Of a stretch of DNA of 20,000 nt, positions 15,685-20,000 are shown in pieces (the stretch's first letter is position 1; every line of letters begins with the position of its first letter). The DNA lies in the IMG/VR virus record IMGVR_UViG_3300036715_001702; one strand, written 5' to 3'. Source of the DNA: an uncultured virus (IMG/VR IMGVR_UViG_3300036715_001702). Taxonomy: Duplodnaviria > Heunggongvirae > Uroviricota > Caudoviricetes. The notes under the pieces are model-generated. The model ran no database searches and was not told the origin of the DNA. It worked only from the letters and a program-made list of their open reading frames with translations. A program made the position numbers and the translations under genes.

Positions 15685-15976
15685 ATCTGGAAAATCATAC
15701 GATGTTTATATAGGAAGACCTTCAATATTTGGAAATCCTTATACTCATATTAAGGATAAAAATACACTAGCTGAATACATAGTATCAAATAGAAATGAAG
15801 CGATTCAAAAATATGAAGAATATATTTTAAATAACCAAGACCTGCTTGAAGAAATTTATAAATTGGAAGGAAAGATTTTAGCTTGTTGGTGTCATGAGAA
15901 AAAATGTCATGGAGATATAATCATAAAACTGATTGAAGAACATAGTAAAAAATTAAAAATAAAACCACTTTTTTGA
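15632..15976 (+). CDS. DUF4326 family protein
   Basis: YDVYIGRPSIFGNPY and LEGKILACWCHEKKCHGDII. Confidence 0.85.
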   Translation: MLISMKMNSSQTKLVSLRSGKSYDVYIGRPSIFGNPYTHIKDKNTLAEYIVSNRNEAIQKYEEYILNNQDLLEEIYKLEGKILACWCHEKKCHGDIIIKLIEEHSKKLKIKPLF

Positions 15977-16779
15977 TAAATTTAACAGACATATTATATA
16001 TTTTACAAGGTTTCATATTGCCAGTATTGGTTTTTATATGGTGCTTGTATTTTTTTAAAATTAATATTTTTATTGATGAAATTGATGAAGATATATTAAT
16101 TAAAAATTTCAAATATATGTGGTTTGGAGGTTTATCAGCAATATTGGTATTACTTTTAAATATTTTTTGTCCGATACTGTTTCAACCTTTTTTCTTGTAT
16201 TATTCTCATGTGATATATATAGCAGAAGATTTAAATTTCTCAATAACAAATACTCATACATCTGTATATTCTGAACTGTATAGAGCTTTCTTCCAAGTAG
16301 GATTAACTGAAGAACTATGTAAAGGGTTTATAATATATCTGTCAATCAGAAAAGTAAAAAATGATTTGCTTATATGTCTAATCAGAGCAATGATTATAAG
16401 TTTTGGCTTTGCATTGTTCGAAAACGTAAACTATGCATTGTATTATGAATCTTTTCAAGTGTTGTATACTAGATCTGTAGTCCCGGTATTAGCACATATA
16501 TCAATGTCTATGTTCATTATCATCGGAATGGTTTCAGAAAAATATAATTATAAAATAAAAGGAGTGTCTACATACTCTATAATCAATGGTTTTATATGCG
16601 CAACATTCTGGCATGGACTATATGATTATGTGATTATGTATAATCCGGAGTTAACTCACTTTTTTAAATTGGATTATATTATATTAGTAGCATGTGTCAT
16701 GCATGTAACATTTCTGACTAGAGAATTATTAAATAGAGAAAAATTAACAGCAAATGAATATCAACATATATTTAACTAA
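15973..16779 (+). CDS. prsW: PrsW-family intramembrane glutamic/metalloprotease
   Basis: Multiple TM segments; motifs GLTEELCK, GFALFEN, LAH and WHGLYD. Confidence 0.85.
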   Translation: MINLTDILYILQGFILPVLVFIWCLYFFKINIFIDEIDEDILIKNFKYMWFGGLSAILVLLLNIFCPILFQPFFLYYSHVIYIAEDLNFSITNTHTSVYSELYRAFFQVGLTEELCKGFIIYLSIRKVKNDLLICLIRAMIISFGFALFENVNYALYYESFQVLYTRSVVPVLAHISMSMFIIIGMVSEKYNYKIKGVSTYSIINGFICATFWHGLYDYVIMYNPELTHFFKLDYIILVACVMHVTFLTRELLNREKLTANEYQHIFN

Positions 16780-18535
16780 AAGCGATTTCATATCTTCTAA
16801 AGATTGTAGAACTAAATTGTATTATATCAAGAATCATTATCCTGCTAATACTGATAATGAATTCATGGAAAATCTTGCCGAGAATGGTAGAATCATAGGT
16901 AAATTATCACAGATGGTTTACAAGGATGGTATTATGTCAAATTATGGCATCCAAAAGAATATAGAAGAAACCAAAAAAAGAATAGATTCCGGAAAAGATT
17001 TTATACTGTTTGAACCTTGTGTTGTAGATTCTAAAGCTTTAGCAAAAATTGATATCTTGAAAATATCAAAAAATGAACTCACTATAATAGAAGTCAAATC
17101 TATTTCTCTAGACGGAGAATCTCCAGAAATATTCAACAAAAATGGAACTGTGAAAGCTACATATCTAGATTATGTAGAAGATTTGGCATATCAGTATAAT
17201 ATAGTTAAAAAAAATAATCCAGAAAAAAACATCAGTGCATATCTGATGTTTTTGGATAAAGGTAAAACTTTAAAAGTTCATGATCTATTTTCTTATTTTG
17301 AAGAAGTGAATGGACATATAATCTATAATGGTCCAGAATTAGAAACTCCAATGTTAAATCTGTTTGCAAAGGTAGATTTGACTAAAGTGGTTGAAAAAAT
17401 GAGATCTGGTATAGATGAAGCTGTAGATAAACTTACAGATCTGATCAATGATGATGGTTCAGTTACAAAATTTACTGAAAAAATTGGGAAAAGATGCAGC
17501 GGATGTTTGTTCAAATCAAAAGGTGAATTGAACGGTTTTAAAGAATGTTGGTCTGATTTGTATATAGAGAATAATGTTTTTGATTTATATAGTTCTACTA
17601 TACAGAAATTAGATGGTGAATTCGTGATCGATAAGATGGTGAATGAAAAAAATATTTCATTGTTGGATTGGCCGATAGATAAAGTGTCAGAAGGAGCAAC
17701 ATCAACCAGACAACGTATACAGATAGAAAATACAAAAAACGATACCGAACATTTCAGTCAAGAATTAGGAAAAGAACTTTCAAACTTCAAGTATCCTCTA
17801 CACTTCATGGATTTTGAAACATCTATGCCTGCACTTCCATACCACATTGGAAATAGCCCATACGAATTAGAAGCGTTTCAGTTCTCATGTCATACATTGT
17901 ACGACAATGGAGACCTGGTTCATAAAGAATGGATCAACACATCAAGAGAATGGCCCAATTATAACTTTGCTAAGGCTTTGAGAGATGTTATAGGAGACGA
18001 TGGAACAGTATTCATGTGGCATCATCATGAAAGAACTGTATTGAAATCAACATCTAGACAAATGGACGTCAAAGGTATACTTGATGAAGATCTTACTTCA
18101 TGGATTAAAGAATTGACTAAGGATGAAAACGCAGGAAGGCTTCAGGATATGAATAGGATGTGTAAAGAAGGTTATTTCCATCCTATGATGAAAGGGAAGA
18201 CTAGTATCAAGAAAGTATTGCCTGCTATATGGCAGAATAGTCCATATTTAAAAGGCGATAAACATATCGAAACATTTTTAGGAAGTGATATAGATCAAAC
18301 TAAAGATCTATACGAATCTCTTGCAACAGATGATGAAAAAGTTAATGTAGGAACGGATGCTATCATGGCTTATGAAGAGATTATGAAAGCTTGTATAAAG
18401 AATGATCATGATACTTCAAAAAAATGGGCAGATAGATTATTAGCTTATTGTAAGCTTGACACATTTGCAATGTATATAATCTGGAAACACTGGATGAAAA
18501 CTTACGAAAATAGATATTTAGTAGAGAAGGTTTAA
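16754..18535 (+). CDS. DUF2779 protein (Cas4-like PD-(D/E)xK nuclease plus RNase H-like domain)
   Basis: LTKSDF..C, IDIL..IEVKS, DLAYQY, CxxC..C cluster, MDFET, FQFSCH, SIKKVLP and LLAYCKLDT. Confidence 0.8.
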   Translation: MNINIYLTKSDFISSKDCRTKLYYIKNHYPANTDNEFMENLAENGRIIGKLSQMVYKDGIMSNYGIQKNIEETKKRIDSGKDFILFEPCVVDSKALAKIDILKISKNELTIIEVKSISLDGESPEIFNKNGTVKATYLDYVEDLAYQYNIVKKNNPEKNISAYLMFLDKGKTLKVHDLFSYFEEVNGHIIYNGPELETPMLNLFAKVDLTKVVEKMRSGIDEAVDKLTDLINDDGSVTKFTEKIGKRCSGCLFKSKGELNGFKECWSDLYIENNVFDLYSSTIQKLDGEFVIDKMVNEKNISLLDWPIDKVSEGATSTRQRIQIENTKNDTEHFSQELGKELSNFKYPLHFMDFETSMPALPYHIGNSPYELEAFQFSCHTLYDNGDLVHKEWINTSREWPNYNFAKALRDVIGDDGTVFMWHHHERTVLKSTSRQMDVKGILDEDLTSWIKELTKDENAGRLQDMNRMCKEGYFHPMMKGKTSIKKVLPAIWQNSPYLKGDKHIETFLGSDIDQTKDLYESLATDDEKVNVGTDAIMAYEEIMKACIKNDHDTSKKWADRLLAYCKLDTFAMYIIWKHWMKTYENRYLVEKV

Positions 18536-18536
18536 T

Positions 18537-19895
18537 CTAAACCTTCTTTTTCTTATTGGAATTTTTATCTTCTGAATCACCAAAGAAACCTTCCTCCTCT
18601 TTGATTATCTTCACATCACTTTTGATGAAAGCATTATCTCCTATAGTACCAGATCTGAAAACACCTCCACTCATTTCTGCATTCATTACACCAGAGTGAA
18701 AGAAACAATCCAGCATGGTAGAACTTTGATCTACTGTTGTTGATGCTATTTTACTGTTTACTATATCAGAACCATAAACTATACAATCCACAAGATGACA
18801 ATTCTTTATGTTACTGTTAACAATCATACAATTGTACAACATTGAATTCTGTATGTTGCAATCTATAAAATCAAAATTGTTGATATCTAATATAGTTTCG
18901 AAATTTAGATCCACAATTTCCAATTTGTGTATATCAGATGCATAGTTTACATATATATTATCTTCTGTTTTTATGCTAGAGAAAAGATCGTACAACATAT
19001 CATAAAATTTATCATAGTATGCATTGACTACATCGTACAGATAATTATTATTAACACTTATCGTAGCATGTGGATAGCTTGATAAAAATTTATCATAGCT
19101 AGAAAAATTTTTATATTTGTTGATATGAGAATTAAAATATTTTTTCAGATCTACAACATCGGCTTCATCCAAAGAAGCTCCTATATTCTGCCATGAAAAT
19201 GAAATAAAATAATCTAAAAGATCTAGAATTTCTCCAGTTTTAAATTCGTAATTTTCACCTCCGATGTATCTATATTCAATTCTAGCATCTTCTTGTTCCT
19301 GTAAATGATTAAAATTTATACCATAGTATTTTTCTTCTGGCGTGTAAAAATTATTCTGTATGCTCTTCAATGCAGTAGAAACATAATCATACTGCTTGTA
19401 AGGCATGACGTTTTTTACTGATTTTGCATAGATGTTGTTTTGTCTGTTTGGAAATTTCTTATATATGTCCTCTTCGTCTATATTGAGTATCATTTTGAGG
19501 ACATTGACTTTATTTATAGTCTTTTGAGTGTTGTCCTTATTGAAACTAATATTTATATGAATTGAACATTTATCATTAGTATATCCTCTTTGTTGTATAT
19601 ACTTTAAAACTTTCAATAATACTATTTTAGAATCTGTATATTTGATAGGCCCTGTAACAAGTTCTATCATATTGGATCCTCCGGAATGATCTGGTTCTAT
19701 TTTGTAATTTTTATCATCAGTTTTGAAATCTGAATGATACTCTCTGAATCCCCATACTTGCGATGGAGCTAAAAGCATATTCAACAGTTCTAAAGTTTTA
19801 TAGTAAGGTTCTTTAGAATAAAATTCGAATTCGAATCCTACCATTGCAAAAGACATTAAGTCTGTTAGATTATATTTATCGGTATATTTCTTCAT
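18537..19895 (-). CDS. Putative amidoligase (COOH-NH2 ligase type 2) with a C-terminal beta-helix-like repeat
   Basis: GFEFEF, EPDHSGG, ELVTGP, CSIHINIS, KYYGINF and IEYRY; C-terminal I.NC/I.NS pentapeptide-like repeats. Confidence 0.75.
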   Translation of the reverse strand: MKKYTDKYNLTDLMSFAMVGFEFEFYSKEPYYKTLELLNMLLAPSQVWGFREYHSDFKTDDKNYKIEPDHSGGSNMIELVTGPIKYTDSKIVLLKVLKYIQQRGYTNDKCSIHINISFNKDNTQKTINKVNVLKMILNIDEEDIYKKFPNRQNNIYAKSVKNVMPYKQYDYVSTALKSIQNNFYTPEEKYYGINFNHLQEQEDARIEYRYIGGENYEFKTGEILDLLDYFISFSWQNIGASLDEADVVDLKKYFNSHINKYKNFSSYDKFLSSYPHATISVNNNYLYDVVNAYYDKFYDMLYDLFSSIKTEDNIYVNYASDIHKLEIVDLNFETILDINNFDFIDCNIQNSMLYNCMIVNSNIKNCHLVDCIVYGSDIVNSKIASTTVDQSSTMLDCFFHSGVMNAEMSGGVFRSGTIGDNAFIKSDVKIIKEEEGFFGDSEDKNSNKKKKV

Positions 19896-19902
19896 TATTT
19901 TT

Positions 19903-20000
19903 TTAATTTACAAATTTACCCCCAATTTTAATATTATCAGGAAGCTTTAGTTCTACTTTATTTTTTCTGCAATAAAAATCACCCCCTATTGTTTCAGGGC
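19903..20000 (-). CDS. LRR-like repeat protein, paralog 3 (C-terminal end only)
   Basis: Manual translation PETIGGDFYCRKNKVELKLPDNIKIGGKFVN* matches the C-termini of paralogs 1 and 2. Confidence 0.8.
   Translation of the reverse strand, partial: PETIGGDFYCRKNKVELKLPDNIKIGGKFVN

Noticed and set aside
942..17514. Short antisense or alternate-frame ORFs (942, 1801, 2101, 2781, 3414, 4224, 4945, 5315, 6098, 7224, 7946, 14244, 15921, 16942, 17323)
   Set aside because: All overlap longer, better-supported genes and show no recognisable motifs.
16754..18535. CRISPR-Cas locus suggested by the Cas4-like nuclease
   Set aside because: No array or other cas genes; the DUF2779 architecture explains it.

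Overview
An AT-rich, gene-dense window that reads as part of a large (jumbo, T4-like) phage genome using the standard code. The host is probably a Bacteroidota member, given TAnnTTTG promoter boxes and no Shine-Dalgarno motifs. It encodes a RecA/UvsX N-terminus, a ferritin-like protein, GH19 endolysin, guanylate kinase, DnaJ, a probable sliding clamp, a truncated NAD-dependent ligase, an H1-like basic protein, PrsW, DUF4326, a DUF2779 nuclease, an amidoligase and three dispersed paralogs of an LRR-like gene. The most striking part is a translation module at about 9360-12660. A promoter precedes a 25-codon leader ORF, an intrinsic terminator with a plausible antiterminator, and six tRNA genes (Leu-TAG, Leu-TAA, Met/Ile2-CAT, Ile-GAT, Cys-GCA, Thr-TGT). 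The leader has 11 consecutive codons (TILTLCMMLIL) drawn only from the amino acids those tRNAs carry, which suggests a ribosome-stalling attenuator that turns phage tRNAs on when the matching host tRNAs are lost. Both Leu tRNAs lack the long variable arm, and downstream lies a 426-aa minimal LeuRS without editing, Leu-specific or C-terminal domains, a possible orthogonal pair. Between the tRNAs and leuS is a decayed HNH endonuclease gene interrupted by a 337-bp structured element resembling a non-autonomous TnpB-type IS end (omega-RNA). All family calls come from motif recognition by eye, not database searches.
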